In this document: positions 1 to 11,965 of the stretch, piece after piece | Position numbering within the stretch: the stretch's first letter is position 1 | How the letters are laid out: each line of letters starts with the position of its first letter | Assembly (NCBI GenBank): GCA_051294905.1 | Contig: CM119374.1 | Location: 17,422,001 to 17,486,000, forward strand | Direction of reading: 5' to 3' | Origin: Botryllus schlosseri | Taxonomy: Eukaryota | DNA length: 64,000 bases | Program-made: the position numbers and the translations under genes | The notes under the pieces: model-generated | What the model was told of the DNA's origin: nothing | Database searches by the model: none | What the model saw: the letters and a program-made list of their open reading frames with translations, nothing else

Positions 1-218
1 GTCGGTGGTCAGAGTTGTATTGTCGACTCACAATCAGATCGAAATTTTCAAGCATAGCTTGTGTGGTTTTGAATATGAGTCACAATTCCGTTCGTGTTGA
101 AGGCAAATGCAAGTCGAGTTTATTGCCCCTGGAACGATCTCGATACACCATCTCCAATCTGACAAACTGGAACGCTCCACCGAAATCTACATCATCGAAG
201 ATTGCACCCGTAAATTTC

Positions 219-3200
219 TCATGCACCGCTCAGTCGCTCCGCAATCAGTTGCATATTGAAAATTGTTGAATTCGTTATGGACTTTACTGGAATCAGTTCC
301 CTCGCTCGAAGACTGCCTCGAAAATCCGCATCGTCAACGGTAACCCACCTAGTGGCGCGTTCGTCTCGGGCGAGGTTCAGTTCCAGCTCGCATTTTTCTG
401 AGCATCCGATCAAAATCTGTCCAAGGCGAAAGAGATCTCATTTTTCAGTTCGCAATCAACGGCACTACAATGTCACAAGAAGAGGTGGTCAGCAACGACG
501 GTCTTCTATTTTTGTCAGAGTACTCAAGTAGACATACTGCCGCTTCTACTTTACTTCAGTTTTTTAGGCATTACTTTGGATAAGTGAGCTAAATCTAAAT
601 TACAAGCCTACGCGGAGCTTCAAATATTTGCTAGTCACAAAAACAAGAATCGAACACCTTGCTAAAAAATACTCGTTGAACTGTGCATCATCAACATCGT
701 AACCAAATCCCCCTGCGTGCGGCACTACAAATGACGGCATTCGCAATTCTACTACTGGTCTACTACTAATTGCCCGCAACAAATAATGGCATGTTATCAC
801 AAATCAAATCAGTTTTGCGTGTCTTGATTCCAGCGGAAAACTGCGAAACCCCTGGTGTTCCATGGAACTGCTGCTTTAGATTTTTTTGTAAAGTAGAAAT
901 TAGTTTTGCGATGCATTGACGTTCATGAGTGAAAGTGTCACGACAAGCTTTGTCACTTTTATAGTTTTGACTCGAGTCAATCCGAGTCATTTTCAATTGA
1001 CCCATGACTCCGAGTCAGTGAGTAGAGGGTCGAGTCCGAGTGAATGTTGAGACTCAAGTCCAAGTCATTGTGTTCACTGAATTTAGTTTTGAGTTCAATC
1101 CAGTTAAACCCACTTTTTTCAACTCTGCTCGAATGGTCCTTTTTCCAAATATCAAGACTGATAGAGGATGTACCAATAATGTGGTGACTTTACTATTCTT
1201 TTAAATTACGATGAAATGTGTATCTTGGCCGTCCTAGTCTCGAGTCATATGACTTGGTTCGAGTCATGCACAATGACTCGAGTACAAGTCAAGTCTATAC
1301 ACAAATTGACTCGAGTCGAGTCATTTTACGCATTTGAAAAAATGACTCGAGTCAAGTCGAGTCATCAAAAAATCGGAATACCTCCTGTACCACAGTAACT
1401 GAATATATTTTCATAAATTGCACCTATAATGTACTTCATGTAGTGTCAGACATCATACAGCGTTAGTTGCAAAGACGAAATTTTTGAGGATACCGCGTCC
1501 AAGTAACTGCTAAAACTATGCAACCTCTATTTACTTGTCTGAACACATTCATAGTAGTTTTGACAAGTCCTGGAAATTGCTCCTTCCAATCGTAACTGAG
1601 AAGTAATTTAAGGATTATGTTATATTTGTACTTGACTCGAATACGAACGTTGACACGTCTGGTCATTGTCGACTTTATCAGCCTGTCTAAATGGATGAGT
1701 ACATACCTCAAAAGTTTTATTCTGTGATGAACATTCGGACGTAAGCACGGAATTACTAAGAATCTTCAGTAGGCAAGACCTTAACGATTGTTCCACCTTC
1801 ACATAGTCTGCTGCTTCTCTTCTGTTAACATAATTTTTTAGTCTTCGAGAACATATAAAAACTATCAATGCATTTGCATACCGATCGTCTTTCTGAACCA
1901 CATTGGTTTCAAAGGTGTACTTCTCCACTGGAACTTCTGCATCGTTTATCAACACACAGACTTGCGATATCTTATCCTGAACGCAAAAGTAGCTCATGAG
2001 GCACATCGCCACCCAGTGGATAAATCACAGATGTGGACAGTACGAAGACACTTTTTTAAGTACGAAAGTGTGTTTTCGCTGTTTCCACTACTTACTCAAG
2101 AGGTTTGAATTTAGACTACAGTCACTGCAACAATTTTTGATGGCATTCTTAGCCACATGACAGCAAGCCCCTGGTTGCGGCTAAAAATTCGCCGGGACGC
2201 GTGATATATGACGCCCTGCTGCGGCTTGAACTGATTGCCGGTGCGAGTCTGATTGCAACTGTGTGCCGAGTTTGAGGGAGAACAAGGCGTCGGCGAGGGC
2301 GGAGTTTCAAAAGAGTTTTTTCAGCTCGTTGTGAAACAGATATTCAACCCTGATTCAAGCCGCACTCCGCAATTCACTCTGATCAGCACCTTTCTGGGAC
2401 TCGCGAGCATGTCCTACTTTTCAGATTTTAACTAGTGGAAAGTAGCATTTGGATAGAATTTCTTGCGCAATGTGCCCTCTAATTTTTCAGGAGTCTGCGC
2501 ACAGTCACTAAATCACTATGCAGTCCCTTGGACAACCGTGCCTAACGACTATAAAAACAGGTCACCGCTTCCGCTCTCTTGTGTGGAGCTTAGATTTTCT
2601 GTGGGCAGAGACCGTGTCAGCACTGCACAATTGCGCGCGCGCAGTTTGAAGGGAACAGTGGTTGTGAGAGAAATTTGGCGCTTTTTCGGTCTAAGCTTCA
2701 TAACAAACCAGTGTTCCCATATGACACGTTGGCAGTGGAGGATAATAGGGTTGGGGGTGAGGGAAGCGGCTGAAGTTTCCGTGGCAACTGAGTGATGCAG
2801 ACCCTGTATGACAGTAACAGATTATAACACTGAACATTGTACCCATTTCCATTTGTAATTTTTGAGTTGTTTTGAAAAAGGCACCAACTACTTCATCAAT
2901 CTATTTGAGTACTTGGCAGACCTGTGATATACTACTTCTGTACTAAGTAGTTGTGTCATACTTTGAAAATCACTGCTTCTATTCATACTTGATTAGAAAT
3001 TTATGACATTATTTCTACTCGTACTCGAGTATCTACAATGACCACTTTCAGCATCTCTGGTAAACTCACGAGTTACCTGCTCCATCACGCTGGTCAGCGA
3101 CGAAAGTGTGCTAGTGATGTAATCATTCAATCCAGGATGCGCTGATATGTGCACGGGGACGCTGTATTTTGTCCTTCTGAGAAATGACTGAGCTGGATAT

Positions 3201-3737
3201 ATTCTTTTCACGTATAGAATTTGATGTATTGCAATTTCGAGAAACTCCAAAAGAATTTCGACAGGCGCTGCAATATTGAAGATATGGTAACTGAATCTGA
3301 CAATAGAACGAGAAAGGTATGTATGCAGCATATTGCAGCTATGAATTGCAGGTAGCCGGATCGATTGTTCCATTTGTGTCCCACAAACATTCAAATTTTT
3401 ACAAAATTGTAAATTTTTATAGATGACAATTTCATGAGAAATTTGAATATCATGACTGAAATCATAACAACTACATGTCAATGAGGTTGCTGCATTACTA
3501 AACCTTAGGCACCGTATTCATCCTCAGATACAGTATCGAATGTAAAGAATATTGCCTACATATGTATGAATAATGATATAGATTGGCTACAGTGTCACAT
3601 TTAACAGCAGTTCAATACAAACCTCTTGTATTTCGATTCGACTGGGGTACTTGCACGGCCTGTTGCTCTCTTACAGAGCCTTCGACAGTGTCCATTACGA
3701 AGTAGTCATCCTCGCAAGCCTCTTCAGTCACGCTCAT
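219..3737 (-). CDS. MAD2L2: Mitotic spindle assembly checkpoint protein MAD2B / REV7 (HORMA domain), complete, 5 coding exons, 237 aa
   Basis: Exons 3623-3737, 3077-3267, 1882-1976, 1707-1821 and 219-416, all GT-AG with consistent phases (714 nt). The peptides [61 protein letters not shown] and [28 protein letters not shown] match REV7 motifs (EFLEVAVHLILYVREVYP, HPELNQYI, PVEKFVFE, LIPLKTMTSDILKMQL). Confidence 0.93.
480..560. mobile_element. Terminal fragment of an abundant MITE family with ends CAGGGGCTATTTCACGCG...TGACCACCTCTG
   Basis: AGAGGTGGTCAGCAACGA followed by GAGTACTCAAGTAG; the reverse complement of this end recurs at 39545 and 59933. Confidence 0.5.
955..1375. mobile_element. 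GACTCGAGTC-rich MITE (hAT-like), copy 1
   Basis: Dense GACTCGAGTC/CGAGTC subterminal motifs. Colinear with 56906-57411 (shared ATAGTTTTGACTCGAGTC, CTTGGCCGTC, CTCGAGTCATATGACTTGGTTCGAGTCA). Confidence 0.7.
2163..2405 (+). pseudogene. UBE3A: Frameshifted fragment of a UBE3A (E6-AP) HECT domain inside MAD2L2 intron 2, antisense to the host
   Basis: Translates, with 2 frameshifts, as [10 protein letters not shown] / [13 protein letters not shown] / [50 protein letters not shown]. Compare UBE3[70 protein letters not shown]. Confidence 0.85.
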
Positions 3738-4229
3738 CCTGAAACATGAATCTGCAAGCACCTGCGTCGGGACGGTGCAAAACTGAAGAAGCAAATTGTA
3801 AATAAAAACATTGCAGGCAGGTCACGCTCCAGTGCATTACATGAGCAGAGATAAAATGTTATCGCTAGGCCATCTAAAATGCATCCAATGTTGAGGGCAT
3901 TTATGGGTAACTATACATTGCCAGAAAGAAGCATTTTAAAACCATGACTGATTTCCGGTTGACGAATAAATAAATCTCTCTCTCTCTATGGTGACTTCAT
4001 GCATTTTCTGAAAATATTCATGGTCTATGTCAAGATGATCTTCCAACGGTCTGTGGTAAATATCCAGTGAGTTTTATTACCAAGACCAACTTTGAGACTA
4101 GAGAAAATGCGAGTAGTGAGTATATACCGTTGGTCCTAATTTTGTTTATGGCTGTATAGTGTATAGAGATTGTAGGACAATAATGGCAGAGGATTACTGA
4201 TTGTGAGTTTGTGACATTTGTATTTGTTA

Positions 4230-4620
4230 TTCCGCTAGATGGTAGGTACGAGACATGCGATCTTGTGTCTGAAATGAAAATTTGTGTTCGCGTTCGCGGT
4301 GGAACTTCGCGAAGCAGGTGCACTTCGGCGTAGCAAGTTTCAGTTATGAGTCCGCGGACAATCTAGCTAGGATACAGATTGGTTGAGAGTAGTCCCACTG
4401 AAAAACGTAATTCCAGTAAAAAGCATCAATATTGCAAGTTCTGGTACAGGTGCAGCACATAGTATGCTACCTACTGGCCGAATTGAAATCCCGGTACGTT
4501 TAGCGTAGTATATTTGTTGTGCCAAGACAGTTCCTAGCGTCACACTTGTGTTCTGTGAATAGTATTTTTGGTGTGCACGAGGCACCGATTCTATATTGGC
4601 CTACTGGTACCGTGACGCGA
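4230..4620 (-). promoter_or_regulatory. CpG-rich putative promoter / 5' region of MAD2L2
   Basis: Local CpG enrichment (GTTCGCGTTCGCGG, CTTCGCGAAG) ~500 nt upstream of the ATG-containing exon; TSS not resolved. Confidence 0.35.
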
Positions 4621-5412
4621 TTGTGGCAATTTAGCTAATGGCCTAATGGGCATGTTTCAAGTCCGGTATTCTGGATAAATCGGTTTAGGCTATACTAGGA
4701 TCTGGAATAGAATCTAACAACCGCGCAGCGATAGCAAAGTCTGTCGGTGTATGCTATACTTACGACTTGTTGGCCATTATTTCAAAGTAGTACAGTACAC
4801 TTCTGATTGCTGTATCGACTTTTGTTAGGCTATCCCATTGATTTAGATGCAGTTCTATATAATGCAATTGTGCCGGTAACGGCGGTAAGCAGTAGTGTAT
4901 TCAATCCCTTGAATTCATGCATTTGTCAAACCAATTTGTTTCAGAAATCATTCATTACTTCGGCTGCCCAATGCTGTGTTCTTTGATATTATGAATAATA
5001 ATGTGCCTTTTATAACATCTTTAGTAAGATCTTTTTATTGTATCTTGATGCAATTGAAGACAATGCTTCATATTGAAACACAGTTTGGTTAGGTATAGGC
5101 CCTATTTCATGGTACAGGATTGACTAGTTTCAATACAAAAAATGAAAATGTAGATATACTTTAGAAATTTTACTGCATGTATCGACTACTTTGAAGAGAT
5201 GTATCAGGTATCAGTTTGATTACTGAGATATATGATTGCTACATTTGGCGATTTTGATCATCTCTTCTCTACCTTTTACTATTATCAATTTGCTAAGTAC
5301 TAATTTTCGTTATTATTGCACTACTAGTTTCATATCGCCTACTTGTACGCCTGTATGGAATTGGTGTCCTGTGCCCACACTATGTTTTATTTTTTGATTA
5401 TTTTTTATTAAA

Positions 5413-6470
5413 TTACTTCAACTTGGAAAATCGTCGCTGCTCACCTGATATATCAGGCAAAACGGCCAGCGATTCCAATCAGGCAATTCATAAGGAAATC
5501 ATGATATTAACTATTAAGGCAACACAAATCTTTTTTTATACCTATGGTTTTTTCCTTTCCGGTTCCTTGTATTCTAAAATTGGTCGCAAACTGTATATTC
5601 CTCAACAAGCAGCCAACTACTGCTTCTAAGGTAGGAGCAGAATAGAGTCTATGACTTCTTTGCCCTCCCCTTCCTGCAGATTTCAGACTGCAACGCAATT
5701 CAGGGAGTACTTGTGTAGTATTAGCTTGAGAATATGAACTCATGCGCGCTTTCAATGTCACCGTATCTCTAACAAAACCACATTTTCATATGCTGTTCCG
5801 TCTGCATCCTGAAAAAAGACTTTCATCCATGATCATAGCCAAGTCACAAGGTCAAAATGAGTGTAAAGTCACTTTGAGAAGGATTCATTCGCCAAGGGCT
5901 CTGTTTATCAACTAGAATACTTCTATTTTAAGGAAAATTTGAGAGGGGTGAAATTTTTCAACAATGAAATGACGTCATGCAACCACTGTGACGTAGTGAA
6001 ATGACGTCACAAATCCCAAGTATAAATTTGGAAGGGGGATTGAAGACCGCTTCCGCCCCTTCCATTTTTGGCAAAAACATTGTTACTGTCCAAAATTTCA
6101 CATAATGGGCATTGTGATGTAATTTAATGTGTGCCATCACGATTTTACGTGACGCCTTGTTACCGGAAATATTTTTATTGCCTCTTCAATTTTTCACCAG
6201 TTTAAGCTCCAAACGCGCTTTCCGACGTGACTTGGTCGGTGGAATTGTAATTGATTTACCCAGCCGACTCTGTGCAGACACAAAAGCACGCGAATACGCG
6301 TCATCCTCCGTAGTTGTTTGTTGACGCAATGGTGGTGACTCATGTCGTGTTAGACGATAGGTTTCCTAAGATACCTACAAAATTCCTGTCCAAATGGGTA
6401 TTATTTCAGATACGTTCGAATGGATCGATTCAATTGCCGGCAGGCGGACGGACTGAATGTAGTCCAGCAT
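5413..6470 (-). CDS. Uncharacterised small spliced protein (~100-150 aa); 5' exon structure ambiguous
   Basis: Exons 5762-5808, 5542-5687 and 5413-5444 join with canonical GT-AG in consistent phase to DADGTAYENVVLLEIRLKSAGRGGQRSHRLYSAPTLEAVVGCLLRNIQFATNFRIQGTGKEKTIGEQRRFSKLK*, with AATAAA just after the stop. The upstream exon is either 6260-6343 (MSHHHCV...HRVGW, donor GTAAAT) or 6414-6470 + 6198-6365 (MLDYIQSVRLPAI...). Confidence 0.6.
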
Positions 6471-6479
6471 AAACTAAAT

Positions 6480-7110
6480 TTGCCGTCCCGGAGTTTATCA
6501 ACGGAACCATTGCGCCGCGAAATTATTGATTTGACGAACACATAATTAAAATATGGGCACGTCGGAGATAGTTTCTTTCGTTTAGTCTGAGAAAATTTTA
6601 ACTGCTTGCAAACAACACGCAGTAACGCGATTTTCTGTATTGATAACTTATACTATGTAATCAGTACGCGATCTACGCTAACGAACGACTTTTTAATCGT
6701 GCGGTGGCAGGTTGATTTCTCGTAAATTTATCGCCAGCTAATAACAACTTGTCCGACGGAATTTCTTCACGCTATCTCTGCATTTCGATATGAGGCGACT
6801 ACTCCTTTTCTGTGTAAAGTTACGATAATACATAGTTATGAGTTATCGGAGTTCAAAAGAACGGAGGGCCGTGAAAATTAATATATAGATGCGGTCTGTT
6901 ATCGCCAAAGTAAACGCAGCTGCGGGTGTTTTTTTCGCGGGCCTGCGATGTATTGCCCGTCTCGATGAAAGTCTACGGTTGTAGGTTTTACTATACAGGT
7001 GGCTGTCTAGTTTCGCTCAGCGGAAAGTAGCTGTTTGGAATCGGTTGTGTTTCAAACGTCCTATTACCGGAAGTAATCAAATGTAATCTGCGGTGTCGCC
7101 ACGAGCGTGT
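6480..7110. promoter_or_regulatory. CpG-rich bidirectional promoter between the uncharacterised gene (-) and FRMD4 (+)
   Basis: High CpG density from ~6200-8200, ETS/GABP motif CCGGAAGT at ~7067-7074, E2F-like TTTCGCGG motifs, and head-to-head gene arrangement. Confidence 0.55.
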
Positions 7111-7246
7111 TGGAAGTGTCAGCGCGGATACTTTCTGAAATTCTATCGAGACAAGGTCGACTTTCGCTGCGTGTTCTGAAGACTTTTCGATGCCGTATTT
7201 CTCACGGCAAATTTGGCCGGTCTGTGTATAGCCACTCGAGACCGCG
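7100..7246 (+). other. Candidate 5' (non-coding or non-AUG) first exon of FRMD4
   Basis: Downstream of the ETS motif, ends at donor G|GTACGT (7247). The acceptor TTTTTTTTCAG at 11961 before the ATG exon needs an upstream exon. Confidence 0.4.
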
Positions 7247-8758
7247 GTACGTCACTTACCGAGTCGAATTTCACCGCTCGACAATGGAGCGGGATCGGTT
7301 TTCTTCGTTTGGTGTTATTTTTGAAACGCGACACGCGCCTTTTGTGTCGCTACGGTTTTACTGTGACCTTCGTCACATCGGCCGTAAGTCCGACGCCGGT
7401 GATGACTTGTTATCTCACCGTAATTGACAATAAATTACGGGAATTTGGTGCGCAATCTATTTCAATTACATATTCCCGAGTGGATTCAATGAAATTTGTT
7501 TTTCGCAAAGCATGATAACGATAAATGTATCTGAACATACGCCTTGAGCTCGTCTATATCATGTCTGGTCTATGGACGTATGGCAATAAGTTAAATCCGC
7601 TGAATAGTCAAAATAATATCCGACATCATTTGGATATTTTCATGTCCGAATGCGTTTTTTAAATCGATGCGGCAGCGCAGAAAGTCGATAATAATCCTGC
7701 GAAATCTTTAAATCGCGCTTATTCGAATCCTAATCGACGCTGGGTGTCATTAGCTTTCGTACTCGCGAAAATACGGTGCGTACTCTATTCACTCCGAAAT
7801 GGCGTGGTTAGCAGAATTACTTACGCGGCGTTCGTAGCAATGACATTTGGTGATCATTAGAAAATGTGGCGACGATTTAATCTCTTATTTGCCCACCACG
7901 CGTACCTGAAAGCGTCTTCTATAAATATGATTCAGAACAATGGATTCGTTCTGCGCTCGAGACGGCGAATTTCGCAGAAGGCACTCGATGAACTGGTATC
8001 CCGCTGTGCGTTCGGTAGCTTGGTTTCCATGCAGCCAATTTTGTATTTGATTCGGGAATTGTCCGATGTTACGCGCTGCGGATTGCCGTTAACTGAATTC
8101 GTCTGCGTGAAACGCCGGTTTCGTATGTAGTTTCTTTGACAAATGACCGCCATATGGTAGCCCACTATTGTTATGATTTGGGCTGTACGTACACCTCACT
8201 CGCTTACCATCTTCTACCCGAACGTCATTTCTCATTGCTTTGCGATTTCGCTAATACATCACAGTGACGTAATATTATACTCATCTTTACTTTTGCGTGG
8301 TGGCGTCTTAGCAAATGATGATACATACCTTCTGCCCACCCTTAGTAATCAGTGATAGTCGTTTTTGATTTCCAAAGCACCCTTGAAGCTTCCATGAGAA
8401 TTGAAGATGTCGATGTCTACATAATTTTCAATTTGATGCTGTATAAATTTCATATTTAGTTGAAGAGAAGCTGTAGCATTATTGATGTCACTGTTAACAT
8501 GGATGTGTATTTTGTATGTTAACTCATAATTTAGCACCAATGCTGATAGTTTAAGGCTGTGCAAGTGCACATCATAAATGTTGGCGCCCTGTGTACAACT
8601 GAATATATATTGGTTATGTGTGATATGCATCGTTAAACCATGTGTGACTGTTCCCATCCTTTCAATTTATCACAATCATGTGGTGTTTTGAAATGATAAA
8701 ATTACCAATAAACTAAACGGAACAGAGCTGAGCTATGAGCACATACATATATGCCTAC

Positions 8759-9375
8759 TAGGGCTGTTCAAAAATAACCTTTTTTCCTGAATCTTGCTGG
8801 TTACGTGATTAAATCGTTAGGTTGCCTTAAAAAACGACACACACCAAATTTGAATTCATTCCATCCAATATTCGTGGATTTCGTACAGTTTGGAAATTTT
8901 GAATTTGCCTAAAAATGCAAAAAAAATTTTTTCCAATTTTCCTTCCAACCTTATGAAATTGTTGCGATGTCTTCAAAAACGATGGAAAACAAATTTGACT
9001 CAATTCCAAGCTGTAGAAGCGGAGTTATTCAAGTTTTTTGATGTTAATTCTGGGATGATCCACCAATCAAGGATAATCCCAGAATTATCAAATAAAAACT
9101 GAAACAACTCCACTTCTACGGCTTCGAATTGAGTCAAATTTGTTTTCCATCGTTTTTGAAGACAGCGCAACAATTTCATAAGGTTGAAAGGAAAATTTGA
9201 AAAAAAAATTTTGTTGCATTTTTAGGCAAATTCAAAATTTTCAAACTGTACAAAATCCGCGAATATTGGTTCGAATGAATTCAAATTTGGTGTGCGTCGT
9301 TTTTTAAGGCAACCTAACGATTTAATCACGTAACCAGCAAGATTCAGGAAAAAAGGTTATTTTTGAACAGCCCTA
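8759..9375. mobile_element. Fully palindromic (foldback) hAT-type MITE, 617 bp
   Basis: TIR TAGGGCTGTTCAAAAATAACC / GGTTATTTTTGAACAGCCCTA with a perfect 8-bp TSD ATGCCTAC. The arms are complementary up to a 9-nt loop at 9062-9070. Confidence 0.92.
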
Positions 9376-11965
9376 ATGCCTACTCATCAGTACGGAGATA
9401 TCGAGAGCGTGTCTAGGCTTGATGAAATTATCATATTACTTCCAGTAAATGTCATTGGTGGTTTGGCTGTTTGCTTCATTTCAGGACGCTGCTTCAGGTT
9501 CAGGATTTCTATTGTTAAATTTTCTTAGCTTCCATGGGAAGTAGCGTACTTTTTCAAGTCCAAAGTGTTAAAGGAAGAATGGAAATGGCTTCATTGCATG
9601 TTCATGACGCAAGCCACGCTTAGATTTGTAATGAAGCGTTACGATTTACGAAGATAATGTTATTATTGAACAAATCACTTTTTATTGATGTGTTATCAAT
9701 GAAGCGTTACGTAGAATGATTATTTTTGAGCTAATAACTTTTTATCTATGTATTGTCAAGGACCATGACAACTAACTGCTCAGATCATTTTCATTTGACC
9801 AGAATACTATTATAAGTTATATCATTACACTTACAACAACTGGAATAAATTCATAAAGCTTCTGCTGATGTTCTGATAGCATGTCAGTAATCACCAACCT
9901 GTAGCTGGTAGATAACTTGTATTTGCTGATATTGACAGCTGTTTCAGGTGGTCTCATTGGTCTTAATGGCAAGAAGTAGTGGCACTGGGAATGCTCCTCA
10001 TTGGTCAAGTCTATATCAAATCCAGTTTGCACTAATTTTTGGTCAAGTCTCCGCAAGGGATACTTCTTTCCAGGACCAATACATTATAATGTCAGCTGAT
10101 GTTTTGAGATGATGGCGTATATTCATTTCTCCCTCGGTGCTCAGTGATGTGCAATATTTTGTCAAGTATTAGCAATAGCCTTTCTTATTGATTCATCTGA
10201 ATTTTTGGGAATCAACTTGTCACAGATCTAGTCAAGTTGTTTAATGCAATCACTCTAAATTCACAATATGAACTTTGGGTCTCAAGTATTCAATTTTAGG
10301 GATTCCTTTGACTTCTGAATTTCGGTTGTTCTCCGCCAATATGAAAATCCATATGAATTGGAATACAATGTATTTCAACTGTAGACACGAAATTACAGAA
10401 AGAAATCACAATCCCCTTGAACATAATAAGATAGCTGTCTTATTCAAGAGCAATTATGGTAGCTGAAAGATTTTACATACACTGTCCAGTGCATTTCTAT
10501 ATTCAGAGTGATATTTACTACCTTATTGCAATCGCATTAGCTTCTCAAACTGTTACACTCGATTTATGCCTTTCATAAAGTTATGTGTCAATTTCGATCA
10601 TCTCACGGGTACCTGCGACGTTTTAATTTAGTGGATCAATATCCAGTGAACTAAATACTATCTAATGTGGCTTTATTCAATTAAGTAGGCCGTTCAATTC
10701 AGCACGCTTATAGTTACTATGTACATTGTACAGGCAGCAAATATTTAGGGCAGGCTAGCTTGTGTTATGTTGTTGATTTATTAGAAGATTACCTTCCCTT
10801 TTCTTCAAGCAGACTACTTATTAACCATATTAATAGACCTGGTGCTGTTGGTTCTCATTGACACGGAGAAAAGCAAAATGGATTCCATATATCAGTGATT
10901 TTATACAAGGGAGTTATCAAGCCCGCCCTTCTATGACATTGTGATTTTTTTCCTGCTAAGACATGCATACAAGTCCATTGAGGTGAGATGCTGCTTTTGT
11001 TTCCTGTTGATTCGTTTGTTGATTAATGATGGCTTGTGGGTTATGAAACTGACTAATTTTCTTACATGTGTTGCTCCTAATTACTCATCTTGACATAATC
11101 TTGGAGGCGGTTATTGAGGTATATCTGCAAATGCAGTAGTCCTATTGCAAGGCTGACGTCTTTTAAAAGCTCTATTTGGTAGGTAACATTTTCTAGCAAT
11201 TTTCTAGCCATGTATCCTGGCACGGAACAGTTCACTTTTGGGTTTTGTCTTATATTGCCCATATTTTGGTGAATTTGAACGATTGAGTTGAAGGTTTATA
11301 TTTTACTCTTAATCTTATAGATCGGTTCTGTGATATTGAAACTGTAGAATGAGGCAAGATAAACCTACCTAAACTGTGAAGCCTAATAAAACTGATCTAT
11401 ATAACTGTATAGTATATGCCTAGCTTATATGTATAGTTGGTTACGTATGAATATTGTGTTCATTTGTTTTTTGTAATTGGCTTGTGCTAGAGACAATGAT
11501 TGTCTCTAATCTGTACCATGTCAGCAAATTTTGCAGATTCATTATGTGATACACCTATTTGACTTGATTCTTTTGGAACAATGTAGTACGGTAGGCTCTT
11601 TGTTTCATTGGGAACATGCTACAAATAGAAGTATTGTAAAGAAATAAGTTATTCCCTCCAGAAATTGTCTATGTTTGGCAGTTTTCTCTCAAAATAGCTT
11701 CAGTCATTCACAGCATGTATGCACAACAAAAGGCTCGCTGCTGCCTCATTGTGAAAAAGGCCTTACTTGCTGCCTTGTGAATACTACACAACATCAACTG
11801 TTGAGCTTGTGGTAATTTAGTTGAACTTGATTTCACGTACGCCAGTCTACTGTTTTGGGTTTTGCTGTGAAAAAAGCCACTTAGTTAGTGTTGACCAGTC
11901 TCTTCGAAATGAATTCTTGCCGTTTATTGTTCCATGCTTGACACTGAATCTTTTTTTTCAGTCAA

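Noticed and set aside
1463-1706. Read-through of the MAD2L2 ORF (VCTHPFRQ...) as the C-terminus
   Set aside because: A strong donor GAG|GTATGT at 1706 splices in phase to 416-219, which encodes the real REV7 C-terminal motifs.
3738-5412. Operon linking the small gene and MAD2L2 (same strand)
   Set aside because: The gap is ~1.6 kb and contains its own CpG-rich promoter-like region; no evidence of polycistronic spacing.
5965-6012. Three clustered TGACGT(CA) CRE-like motifs
   Set aside because: The same motif occurs in several repeat-derived segments of the window, so a specific regulatory role cannot be supported.
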